Shown: in pieces, positions 56,721 through 64,000 of the stretch
Position numbering within the stretch: position 1 is the stretch's first letter
Layout: the number at the start of each line of letters is the position of its first letter
From: a virus
DNA: 64,000 bases
Virus record (IMG/VR): IMGVR_UViG_3300010355_001758
Location: 54,428-118,427 of that record
Reading direction: 5' to 3' (one strand)
Made by a program: the position numbers and the translations under genes
The notes under the pieces: generated by a model
The model's input: the letters and a program-made list of their open reading frames with translations, nothing else
Database searches by the model: none
Told to the model about the DNA's origin: nothing

Positions 56721-58300
56721 CCGTCGTCGAGAGGCGTATGGCGGCGGCCACCGCGGCCGCCGCCGAGGTCTTCGGGCACGCGTCGTTGCGGCCCTTCCAG
56801 TCGCAGGTGCTCCCGCACCTGATGGGGAAGCGGGACGTGTTCGCCGTGACCGCGACCGGCGGCGGCAAGAGCCTGTGCTTCCAGCTGCCCGCCCTGGTGC
56901 TGCCGGGGGCCGCCGTCGTGGTGAGCCCGCTCATCAGCCTGATGAAGGACCAGGTCGACAAGCTGCGCGGCCACGGGATTCGGGCGGTGCGCCTGTCCTC
57001 CGACGTGTCGCGGTCCGAGCAGGCCGCCGACCTGGCGGAGCAGGACCTGATCTACGTCAGCCCCGAGAAGCTGGCCACGCCGGCGTTCCGCAAGGCCATG
57101 CGCGGGGTACGCGTCGGCATGGTCGCCCTGGACGAGGCGCACGCCGCCATCGAGTGGCAGGACTTCCGCGCCTCGTACGCCCACATCCGCGCCTTCGCCG
57201 AGCAGCACCCCGAGGCCGTCAGGTTCGCCTGTACGGCGACGGCGGACGACGAGGTGGAGGCCGGCGTCCGGGCGCTGCTGGGCCTGCGTGACCCCGCCCG
57301 GGTCGTGACCTCGCCGTGGCGCGACAACATCGAGTACGTCGTGCGCCGCGAGGCCGGGATGTCGGACCTCGTGGATCGAGTGGCCAAGGCCCAGGAGGCC
57401 GCAGGCTCCCAGGTGGTGTACGTCGCGTCTCGGAGAGCTGCCGAGGACGTGGCGACGGAGCTGCGACGGTACGGACTGGACGCCGTGCACTACCACGCCG
57501 GAATGTCCGGCGGCATCCGGACGCAGGTGCAGGAGCGCTTCATGCGCGGGGCGGTGCGCTGCGTGGTCGCGACCAACGCCTTCGGCATGGGCGTGGACAA
57601 GCCCGACATCCGCCTCGTGGCCCACTGGCAGATGCCCAAGAGCCTGTTCGCGTATCTTCAGGAGACCGGGCGCGCGTCCCGAGACGGACAACCAGCCGTC
57701 GCCTGGCTGAACATCAGCAAGGACGCCGAGCGGGTGCACAACTTCCTGATCGAGCTGTCCAACCCCGAGTTCTACGTGTACGAGCGCATGTGGCAGTTCC
57801 TGACCGCGTCGGAGCGGCAGCCCGTGCGCGTGCCGATGGGCATCCTGGCGCGCGCCAGCGGCGTGGCGAAGGATAGCCTGCGCGGTCAGGCCGATTCCGC
57901 CTTGGCGTACCTGGAGTACACCGGGCACCTGCGGACGTCGTCCGTCGGCGTCTGCTATGAGCTGCCCATCATCAACCGTAGCATCGCCGAGTCGGTGTGC
58001 CGCGGCATCCGCGGGGCTCGCGTCGACCGCGGGGTCGTGCGGTACGAGCTGGAGGGCGACCAGCCCGACAACCATATGCGCTTCGTCACCAGCGGGGCTT
58101 GCCGTTCGGCCGATGCGTCCGACATCGCCATGATCGAGCTGCTGCGCCCCGCCCTGCAGCTGACGGCGGAGCAGGTGGCCGACAAGAAGCAGCGAGCCAA
58201 GATGAAGCTGCTGATGCTGCACCGGTTCGCTGACTCCCTCGACCGTAGGGCGTTCGTGGAAGCGCTGTTTGCCCAGGCCGGGGTCGATTCCGTAGGATAG
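56717..58300 (+). CDS. recQ: RecQ-family helicase
   Basis: LRPFQ, TGGGKSLCFQLP, SPLISLMKDQV, DEAH, TATA, YHAG, ATNAFGMGVDKPDIR, QETGRASRDG. Confidence 0.93.
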   Translation: MTVVERRMAAATAAAAEVFGHASLRPFQSQVLPHLMGKRDVFAVTATGGGKSLCFQLPALVLPGAAVVVSPLISLMKDQVDKLRGHGIRAVRLSSDVSRSEQAADLAEQDLIYVSPEKLATPAFRKAMRGVRVGMVALDEAHAAIEWQDFRASYAHIRAFAEQHPEAVRFACTATADDEVEAGVRALLGLRDPARVVTSPWRDNIEYVVRREAGMSDLVDRVAKAQEAAGSQVVYVASRRAAEDVATELRRYGLDAVHYHAGMSGGIRTQVQERFMRGAVRCVVATNAFGMGVDKPDIRLVAHWQMPKSLFAYLQETGRASRDGQPAVAWLNISKDAERVHNFLIELSNPEFYVYERMWQFLTASERQPVRVPMGILARASGVAKDSLRGQADSALAYLEYTGHLRTSSVGVCYELPIINRSIAESVCRGIRGARVDRGVVRYELEGDQPDNHMRFVTSGACRSADASDIAMIELLRPALQLTAEQVADKKQRAKMKLLMLHRFADSLDRRAFVEALFAQAGVDSVG

Positions 58301-58303
58301 GGC

Positions 58304-58522
58304 ATGGCCAAGCAACACCCCCTCATCGGACGCACCGTCACAGCCGTCCGCCCCATGACCGCGAAGGAAGCCGAGGCGGCCGGATGGGAGTTCGGCCGAC
58401 ACGGCGCTCCCCAGGTCGTCGCCCTCGATGATGGGTCGTACATCTTCGCGTCGTGCGACCCCGAGATGAACGACACAGGTCATCTCATGTTCGGCAAGAA
58501 CGGGAAGCTGTTCGATGCCTGA
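58304..58522 (+). CDS. Small hypothetical protein
   Basis: 72 aa; upstream TTGCCC-N18-TAGGAT. Confidence 0.55.
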   Translation: MAKQHPLIGRTVTAVRPMTAKEAEAAGWEFGRHGAPQVVALDDGSYIFASCDPEMNDTGHLMFGKNGKLFDA

Positions 58523-59096
58523 CCTCCGTGAACCGCCGTTTCAGATCGGTCTGGTGAAGGCGGAGGACCCGCTGAACCGAGGGTCGCGTAGCGACTACGC
58601 CCAGTACCTCCGTCGGTTTTACTACCCGCAGGTTGCGAACCCGGTCCACCTGTTCGAGGCCAAGTACAACTGGGACTTCTTCCAGCCGTACGTGGCGAAG
58701 GACGAGGGCCCGCTCAGCGTGTTCCGGCGCAACGCCGCGTTGCCGCGCGGCATGACCGGCGGCCTGGTCTACTGCCACTGGGAGCGGCGCTTCCGCGACG
58801 GCCCGAAGTCCGTGCCGTTCTCCTGCTACGCCGTTGAGGGCATCTTCCCCGGCGAGGCGGTGATGGCCGAGTACGGGTGCGCGTCGGCCAGCATCTTCAT
58901 GGACGTGGCGCGCCGAGGCTGTGACGGGGCCTGGTTCGACCACGTGAAGCTGATCGACTGGGCCGACGGTAGGACCCTGTGCCTGCTGGGTTCGGGCGGT
59001 GGCTCGATCGCCACGCCGTGGGTCACCCTCCTCGACACCGCGTTGTTGGAGGTGCACATGGCCAAGGCCGAGAGGCTGGAAACGAGGCCGCTGTGA
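58515..59096 (+). CDS. Hypothetical protein
   Basis: Overlapping ORF in operon. Confidence 0.55.
   Translation: MPDLREPPFQIGLVKAEDPLNRGSRSDYAQYLRRFYYPQVANPVHLFEAKYNWDFFQPYVAKDEGPLSVFRRNAALPRGMTGGLVYCHWERRFRDGPKSVPFSCYAVEGIFPGEAVMAEYGCASASIFMDVARRGCDGAWFDHVKLIDWADGRTLCLLGSGGGSIATPWVTLLDTALLEVHMAKAERLETRPL
58528..58544 (+). repeat. Dispersed 17-bp quasi-palindrome
   Basis: GTGAACCGCCGTTTCAG in N-terminal codons (REPPFQ). Confidence 0.9.
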
Positions 59097-59284
59097 GCAC
59101 CCCTACCTTGGAGTCCCTGGCCAAGCAGGCCCTCTCCGGCGTTCGGGAGTGCCTGCCAAAGTGGGGTGACTCCCCGGCCAACGCAGCCAGGTGGCTCCGC
59201 GAGTGGAAGCAGGCGCATCATGATCAGCTCCTCAAGGCCGGTTGTCCCGAGCCGCGTCACTTCGATCCGTGGGCGCACCAGTGA
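59093..59284 (+). CDS. Small hypothetical protein
   Basis: GTGA overlaps at both ends. Confidence 0.45.
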   Translation: MSTPTLESLAKQALSGVRECLPKWGDSPANAARWLREWKQAHHDQLLKAGCPEPRHFDPWAHQ

Positions 59285-59973
59285 CCTACCTCCACGTCAC
59301 CACCAAGTGCAACATGGCCTGCGCCCACTGCATCCACGACTACGGGGCTGGCAAGCGCGGCAGGCATATGGACTGGAACACCTTCCTGGGCGCCGTGAAC
59401 TTCGTGAAGGACTACGCCGGCTGGGAGCACATAACCCTCGGGGGCGGCGAGCCGACCCTCAACCCCGACATCCTCAAGATGCTGGACCACCTCGTCGAAT
59501 GCGGCGGTTTCGACTACGTCCTCATGGTGACCAACGGCAGCAAGGCCAAGGTCATGCGCGAGATCATCGAGCGGTACGAGAGCGGGCAGTGGGAGATCCC
59601 CAAGCACGGCGGCAACATCGAGGTGGTGCTGAGTTGGGACGTCCACCACGACCAGAGCATGGTCGAGCCCTTCGTGTCCGATTACTTCATCCAGCGAGGG
59701 CTGACCCACGACGTGGGCTGGAACCTCATCCGCGGCGGCCGGGCGGCGAAGCTGCCTGACTCCTATACCGCGCTGGAGGACAAGTGCGTCTGCAATAACC
59801 TCGTCGTATATCCCGACGGCAGGGTCACCGCCTGCGGTTGTCCAGGTAGCCCGAAGATCGCGCAGATCGTGCACCATGGGTACGACATGGAGCACGACGC
59901 CCAGGAGCTCCTTGAGTCCCCGCAGTTCATGGATACGCGCTGTGCCCGCCCGCTCCCCGCGGAGGTCGCGTGA
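59281..59973 (+). CDS. Radical SAM protein with C-terminal SPASM/twitch-like cysteines
   Basis: CNMACAHC, GGGEPT, VTNG, CVCNNLVVYPDGRVTACGC. Confidence 0.85.
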   Translation: MTYLHVTTKCNMACAHCIHDYGAGKRGRHMDWNTFLGAVNFVKDYAGWEHITLGGGEPTLNPDILKMLDHLVECGGFDYVLMVTNGSKAKVMREIIERYESGQWEIPKHGGNIEVVLSWDVHHDQSMVEPFVSDYFIQRGLTHDVGWNLIRGGRAAKLPDSYTALEDKCVCNNLVVYPDGRVTACGCPGSPKIAQIVHHGYDMEHDAQELLESPQFMDTRCARPLPAEVA

Positions 59974-60287
59974 CCCTCACCGTCCACACCGCCACCGGCA
60001 AGAAGATCCCGGTCGACAGCATCTACCAGGTGCGGGCCTACGCCATCCACCCCGTCACGGTCACCTGCTCGGCGTGCCAGATCGTCGTCATCAACGGCCA
60101 CGTCTGCCATGAGCTCGGGTGCCCGGAGGCGTGGAAGGACGAGACCCGAGAGTGCCGGTGGTGCGGTAGTTCGTTCAAGCCCGAGTCGAAGGGGCAGGGG
60201 TTCTGCTCCAATGACTGCCACGCCTTCTACAACGGGTGGGATCACGATCCCGATCGCTCAACCGCTGAGGACGACACCAATGGATGA
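59970..60287 (+). CDS. Cys-rich zinc-finger-like protein
   Basis: CSAC...CHELGCP...CRWC...FCSNDC. Confidence 0.6.
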   Translation: MTLTVHTATGKKIPVDSIYQVRAYAIHPVTVTCSACQIVVINGHVCHELGCPEAWKDETRECRWCGSSFKPESKGQGFCSNDCHAFYNGWDHDPDRSTAEDDTNG

Positions 60288-60642
60288 CGACCTTTACATC
60301 GTGAAGCTCATCCAGCTCCAGACCGAGACGGACACCGTCCGCAACGACAGCTGGCAGATTCAGCGCGAGCGTATTCGTCTGGTGCCGTCCTCCGACCTTC
60401 CGGCCCTCGCGTGTTCCCCGAGCACCGTGCGATGGCTGCACGTCCAGAAGGTCGTCGAGGTGCGGGATTACGCCGTCGATGCGGAGGCTGAGAAGTTCCG
60501 CCAAGGGTTCGTGACCGTCGCGAAGCGCGCCCTGGAGAAGCGCGAGGCCGCCCTGCGGCTGGCGATCGCTAAGGAAGCGCAGGCGCGGGCCCAGGCAGAC
60601 CTGGAGGAGATCGCGGCCCGCGAGAAGGGGCAGCTCCCGTGA
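60280..60642 (+). CDS. Hypothetical protein
   Basis: GAGG RBS; coupled ORF. Confidence 0.5.
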   Translation: MDDDLYIVKLIQLQTETDTVRNDSWQIQRERIRLVPSSDLPALACSPSTVRWLHVQKVVEVRDYAVDAEAEKFRQGFVTVAKRALEKREAALRLAIAKEAQARAQADLEEIAAREKGQLP

Positions 60643-60875
60643 TCAGCATCGACCGTCGCGCAGGAGGGGACGGCTACTGGGTGGCCGACTCCATGGACGA
60701 CCTCAAGAGGGACGGGTGGACAGTCTTGCTGAACGAGGCGTTCAAGCCCGGCGTGGCGAGGTGCCACTGCACGCGCGGGGGCGCAGGGTCGCTTCGCCCC
60801 GAGTTCCAGATCATCTACGTGTCGGTGGAGCCCACGCCCGCCGAGTCGTTCTCACAGTGGGCGCGGGGCGGGTGA
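60639..60875 (+). CDS. Hypothetical protein
   Basis: GTGA overlap. Confidence 0.45.
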   Translation: MISIDRRAGGDGYWVADSMDDLKRDGWTVLLNEAFKPGVARCHCTRGGAGSLRPEFQIIYVSVEPTPAESFSQWARGG

Positions 60876-61186
60876 TGGCGCTGCACATAGGTCCGCTTTC
60901 GCCCGTGCAGCTCGAGATCGAGTTCGACCTACCGCCCCGGTACACCGGTCCGGTGTTGACGAGCATGCAGATCCGCGGGAAGGGCAGCAAGGCGTTCGAC
61001 GCTGGCGCCCGAGACTGTGCACTCGGCATCCGCGATCGAGGCCAAGGGATCGAATACGATGACGGGTGGCTGACCATGATGGCGCACATCTGCTTCCCGC
61101 CGCTGGACGGGAAGCCCGTGCACCACCTGTACAACGAGGCGTACCGCATCGCGCGGTGCCGAGAGAACTGGAGGATTCCGGTATGA
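60875..61186 (+). CDS. Hypothetical protein
   Basis: TGATG coupling. Confidence 0.45.
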   Translation: MALHIGPLSPVQLEIEFDLPPRYTGPVLTSMQIRGKGSKAFDAGARDCALGIRDRGQGIEYDDGWLTMMAHICFPPLDGKPVHHLYNEAYRIARCRENWRIPV

Positions 61187-61692
61187 CCCACCTCAACTCC
61201 CATTGCCGCGTCGGGCCCGGGCCCATGTACGAACCCGTCGAGCGGTGGTGGAACCGTAAGCTCGTGGTCGAGGAGCGCGTCAAGATGCTCGCCGTCGAGA
61301 TAGGTGCCGACCCCGCGCGTAGCCTGCGGTGCGGAAACGCCCTGGAGGGCTTCTATCGGTTCGGTCACCCGCCGAAGGGGTGGCGAGCGGCCGGCAAGAA
61401 GTTCCCCGGCTACATCATGCCTAACAAGCGTAGCGTGGACGGGGGCGCGTTCGCCTACCGCATGTCGCAGCTCAAGCTCGAGACCTGCGAGGACCTCGCA
61501 AAGGAGCTCGGCTTGCCGCCGTTCTTCACCGACAGCACTGGGCAGTGGTGCTCTGCCGTGGGGTGCTTCGCCCTCGACGGCAAGTATTACCTCGAGTTCC
61601 CTACCGCCCTCGTTCGACACTTCACCGGCGTCTCCGGAGTCGACCTGCTCAAGGAGTGGGAGTACCTGCGCGACAAGGAGCGTGCGCCGTGA
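61183..61692 (+). CDS. Hypothetical protein
   Basis: GGAGG RBS, ATGA overlap. Confidence 0.5.
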   Translation: MTHLNSHCRVGPGPMYEPVERWWNRKLVVEERVKMLAVEIGADPARSLRCGNALEGFYRFGHPPKGWRAAGKKFPGYIMPNKRSVDGGAFAYRMSQLKLETCEDLAKELGLPPFFTDSTGQWCSAVGCFALDGKYYLEFPTALVRHFTGVSGVDLLKEWEYLRDKERAP

Positions 61693-61916
61693 CCGTTCGC
61701 CACCTCGGAGAGAGCGCCGCTATCCGTGCCCTCATAGCCAAGCCCGACCAGTGCCCGTATTGCGGCAGCACCGATACCGAGGGCGAGGGCGTGGACGTGC
61801 AGGACGACGCCCGACGAGCCGAGCAGGAGGTCGGGTGCAACGCCTGCGGCGCCTCCTGGTACCTGCGCTGGCAGCTCAACGGTGCCGCCATCATCAACCC
61901 CCCGTCTACGGAGTAG
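61689..61916 (+). CDS. Zinc-ribbon protein
   Basis: CPYCGS...CNACG. Confidence 0.55.
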   Translation: MTVRHLGESAAIRALIAKPDQCPYCGSTDTEGEGVDVQDDARRAEQEVGCNACGASWYLRWQLNGAAIINPPSTE

Positions 61917-61918
61917 CC

Positions 61919-62335
61919 ATGCACACCAAAGCCGCCCGCGAGGGCAAGCACGTCGCCCTCACCAAGTGTTTCTTCTGCGGGGAGGACGCCCACATCGTTC
62001 TCCACAAGCGTCTCGGGGACGTTTCCGAGATGCACGGGAAGGTCTGCAGCATGGAGCCCTGCTCCAAGTGCGCCGAGCACATGAAGGCCGGTATCATCCT
62101 CATCGGCATCGACGACGCGAAGTCCGAGAAGGGGTGGCATCGGTCGAACGGTCGCGAGAACTTCATCCCCAACCCCTACCGCACCGGCGCGTTCTGCGTC
62201 ATCCGCGAGGAGGCTCTGGACCGCATCTTCAACAACCCCGAGTACAACGCCTGGGCCAAGCGCACCCGCTGGATCTTCGTCGAGCACGAGGTGCTGGTGA
62301 AGATCGGCGCCGTCAAGGAGCCGGTGCCCGCGTGA
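61919..62335 (+). CDS. Zinc-binding hypothetical protein
   Basis: CFFCG...CSKC; GGAG RBS. Confidence 0.55.
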   Translation: MHTKAAREGKHVALTKCFFCGEDAHIVLHKRLGDVSEMHGKVCSMEPCSKCAEHMKAGIILIGIDDAKSEKGWHRSNGRENFIPNPYRTGAFCVIREEALDRIFNNPEYNAWAKRTRWIFVEHEVLVKIGAVKEPVPA

Positions 62336-62772
62336 GGCTGTTCCACATCCATCCGACGGCGCTGCCGACCGGAATGCTGACCCATCAGCACCGCACCTGT
62401 CACCTCCTGCTCTCCGGGCTGGCCGAGGTCAACGGCGTGGTAGGCAAGTACGGTCGGCACGCCGGATTCGTCGCGTGGGTGCACTGGCAGTGCGTGCAGG
62501 AGATGGTCATGCGCGGCATGAACCACGATTCCCCGGTGTGGGCGCTGTGGCAGCGCATCCCTGCCCTGCGGAGGGGTCACGACATCTGGGTGCCGTCGAG
62601 GGCGTACATCCGCGACGCCCAGGACCTCAGGGCCAAGATGGACAGCAACGATAAGAGGGGCGACCCGTCAGGCGCCCGTGTCGCCATCCCGCAGGGCATC
62701 GCCGCCTTCCAGCGCGACCTGGATATGCTGCGGGCCGGGAAGGCTCTCCCCGGGCACGTACTCGCGGTCTGA
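62332..62772 (+). CDS. Pyrimidine-dimer DNA glycosylase (T4 endonuclease V / DenV-like)
   Basis: MRLFHIHP..LP...L..QHR and H..CVQEMVMRGMNHDS resemble the Pyr_excise family. Confidence 0.55.
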   Translation: MRLFHIHPTALPTGMLTHQHRTCHLLLSGLAEVNGVVGKYGRHAGFVAWVHWQCVQEMVMRGMNHDSPVWALWQRIPALRRGHDIWVPSRAYIRDAQDLRAKMDSNDKRGDPSGARVAIPQGIAAFQRDLDMLRAGKALPGHVLAV

Positions 62773-62774
62773 CC

Positions 62775-62803
62775 TTGTGGGGTTCCGGGGAACCCGGGAG
62801 GAT
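62775..62803 (+). promoter_or_regulatory. Conserved promoter-like element, copy 3
   Basis: TTGTGG-GGTTCCGGGGAACCCGG-GAGGAT. Confidence 0.55.
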
Positions 62804-62829
62804 GGAAGCCTACCCACGAGGAATCCCCC

Positions 62830-63498
62830 ATGACCCGCGTACTCAAGTCCCTCATCCCCGAGCGGGGCGGCACCGTCATGCTGCCCGTCTGCGCCAAGCC
62901 CGTCAGCGTCGGGTTCCAGCGCGAGCGTCGATCGGCGCCCATTGTCGGCGTTCCCAGCGTCGACCCCTCCTGGCCGGTCGACCAGGTCGATCCCGGTCAC
63001 GACCCGTCGGATCTCGCCCGCTTCGTCGTGAGGATGACCGATATGCGCACCGGCACGCAGGTTCAGCATGTCGCCGTCGCGCCCCTCGGTTTCGACGAGG
63101 TCGATGCCGACGGCGTCTTCAACGAGGCGGCGTCGTACTACGGCTCGCGCGGGTACTGCGACTTCCAGGTGACCCCGTGTGCGCCGAGCGCCCCCGATGA
63201 CCACGGCATCGCCCCGCCCGCCGCCAACCTCGTGCCCGTGCTGTGGTGGGAGGAGCCCTGCCTCGACTCCGTGGACGGCGACGCCGAGGGCATGGAGTTC
63301 GTCGGTGTCGACGAGAACGACTATGCGTCCCGCTGGCCCAAGGCCTGCGTCGAGTTGTTCGTCGTCCCGACCGGGGAGCCCGCCCCGCGGAACGCCGTCT
63401 TCATGGGCACCCTGCAGCGCCCCCAGCGCCAGGACCCGTCCAGGGACGCCGTGTTCCATATCTATATCCTGCGCACCAGCCTGCTCCGGTTCGCCTGA
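62830..63498 (+). CDS. Hypothetical protein
   Basis: GAGG RBS; 222 aa. Confidence 0.55.
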   Translation: MTRVLKSLIPERGGTVMLPVCAKPVSVGFQRERRSAPIVGVPSVDPSWPVDQVDPGHDPSDLARFVVRMTDMRTGTQVQHVAVAPLGFDEVDADGVFNEAASYYGSRGYCDFQVTPCAPSAPDDHGIAPPAANLVPVLWWEEPCLDSVDGDAEGMEFVGVDENDYASRWPKACVELFVVPTGEPAPRNAVFMGTLQRPQRQDPSRDAVFHIYILRTSLLRFA

Positions 63499-63511
63499 AC
63501 CGTCGTTCCAC
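63495..63511 (+). repeat. 17-bp motif variant
   Basis: CTGAACCGTCGTTCCAC; supplies the stop, then GGAG RBS. Confidence 0.8.
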
Positions 63512-63522
63512 GGAGACTCACG

Positions 63523-64000
63523 ATGAGCGACATCATCTACTTGGTCTGTTCCTCGACGGGGAAAACCTCAACGTCGAGCAGCAATAGCAACAAATACCAC
63601 AAGTGGGTGAAGCAGCCCTCAGGGGACTACGAGCACACCTACGGCAGGGTGGGGACGCCCGGGGTGTCGCACGTCGTGAGCGCCTCCAAGATGCAGCAGA
63701 AGATGCGGGACGCGCTCTCGCACGGCTATACGCAGGTCGAGGTGGCTGCCGACGTGGGGACCGGGGCCGTGAACGGCCCGGTCGTCGCGAAGGCCGACAT
63801 CCGGCAGAAGGCGATCGACGAGATCGCCGGCGGCGACAAGGGGCTGGCCGACCTCGTCGGCGTCCTGGTCGATCGCAACACCCGTGAAATCACCAGCACC
63901 ACCACGCTGAAGCTCGACACGGCGACCGGCCTGTTCAAGACCGACGCCGGCATCATCGTGACCCGGAAGGTGGTCGACGAGGCGCGCGACATGCTGGGCA
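63523..64000 (+). CDS. WGR-domain protein, probably PARP-like ADP-ribosyltransferase (3' truncated)
   Basis: Hand translation gives SNKYH...YGRVG...K...GY (WGR-like), then LADLV..LVDRN...TGLFKTDAG.IVTRKVVDEARDML; frame is open to the window end. Confidence 0.55.
   Translation, partial: MSDIIYLVCSSTGKTSTSSSNSNKYHKWVKQPSGDYEHTYGRVGTPGVSHVVSASKMQQKMRDALSHGYTQVEVAADVGTGAVNGPVVAKADIRQKAIDEIAGGDKGLADLVGVLVDRNTREITSTTTLKLDTATGLFKTDAGIIVTRKVVDEARDMLG

Noticed and set aside
3740..63511. 17-bp motif as a CRISPR repeat array
   Set aside because: Copies are kilobases apart with genes between them; no regular spacers and no cas genes.
1..64000. Stop-codon reassignment, tRNA genes, integrase or transposase
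   Set aside because: Genes tile densely in the standard code with TGA, TAG and TAA all used as stops; no tRNA or mobile-element signatures recognised by eye.

Overview
This 64-kb window is very GC-rich (about 70% by eye) and its credible genes are all on the + strand. It looks like part of a large contractile-tailed dsDNA phage genome. 1-26.3 kb: baseplate, tail-fibre, receptor-binding and other virion genes. 26.3-26.5 kb: a short AT-rich hairpin region that may be a replication origin. 26.5-49.9 kb: replication, recombination and repair genes (SF2 helicase, DnaB-like helicase, primase, UDG-fused PolA, SSB, RecA, 5'-3' exonuclease, Pif1, Mre11/Rad50, RuvC-like) with two ParB-like genes among them. 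49.9-54.4 kb: terminase and portal. 54.4-64 kb: an HU-like protein, a third ParB-like protein, RecQ, a radical SAM protein, small Cys-rich ORFs, a DenV-like glycosylase and the start of a WGR/PARP-like gene. The most striking unexplained signal is a 17-bp quasi-palindrome, (G/C)TGAA(C/A)CG(C/G)CG(T/G)T(T/C)CA(C/G), found by eye 23 times (about one per 2.8 kb). It often supplies a gene's TGA stop, and its half-sites match parS half-sites in swapped order, in a genome encoding three ParB-family proteins. All product calls come from motif recognition by eye; no database searches were run.
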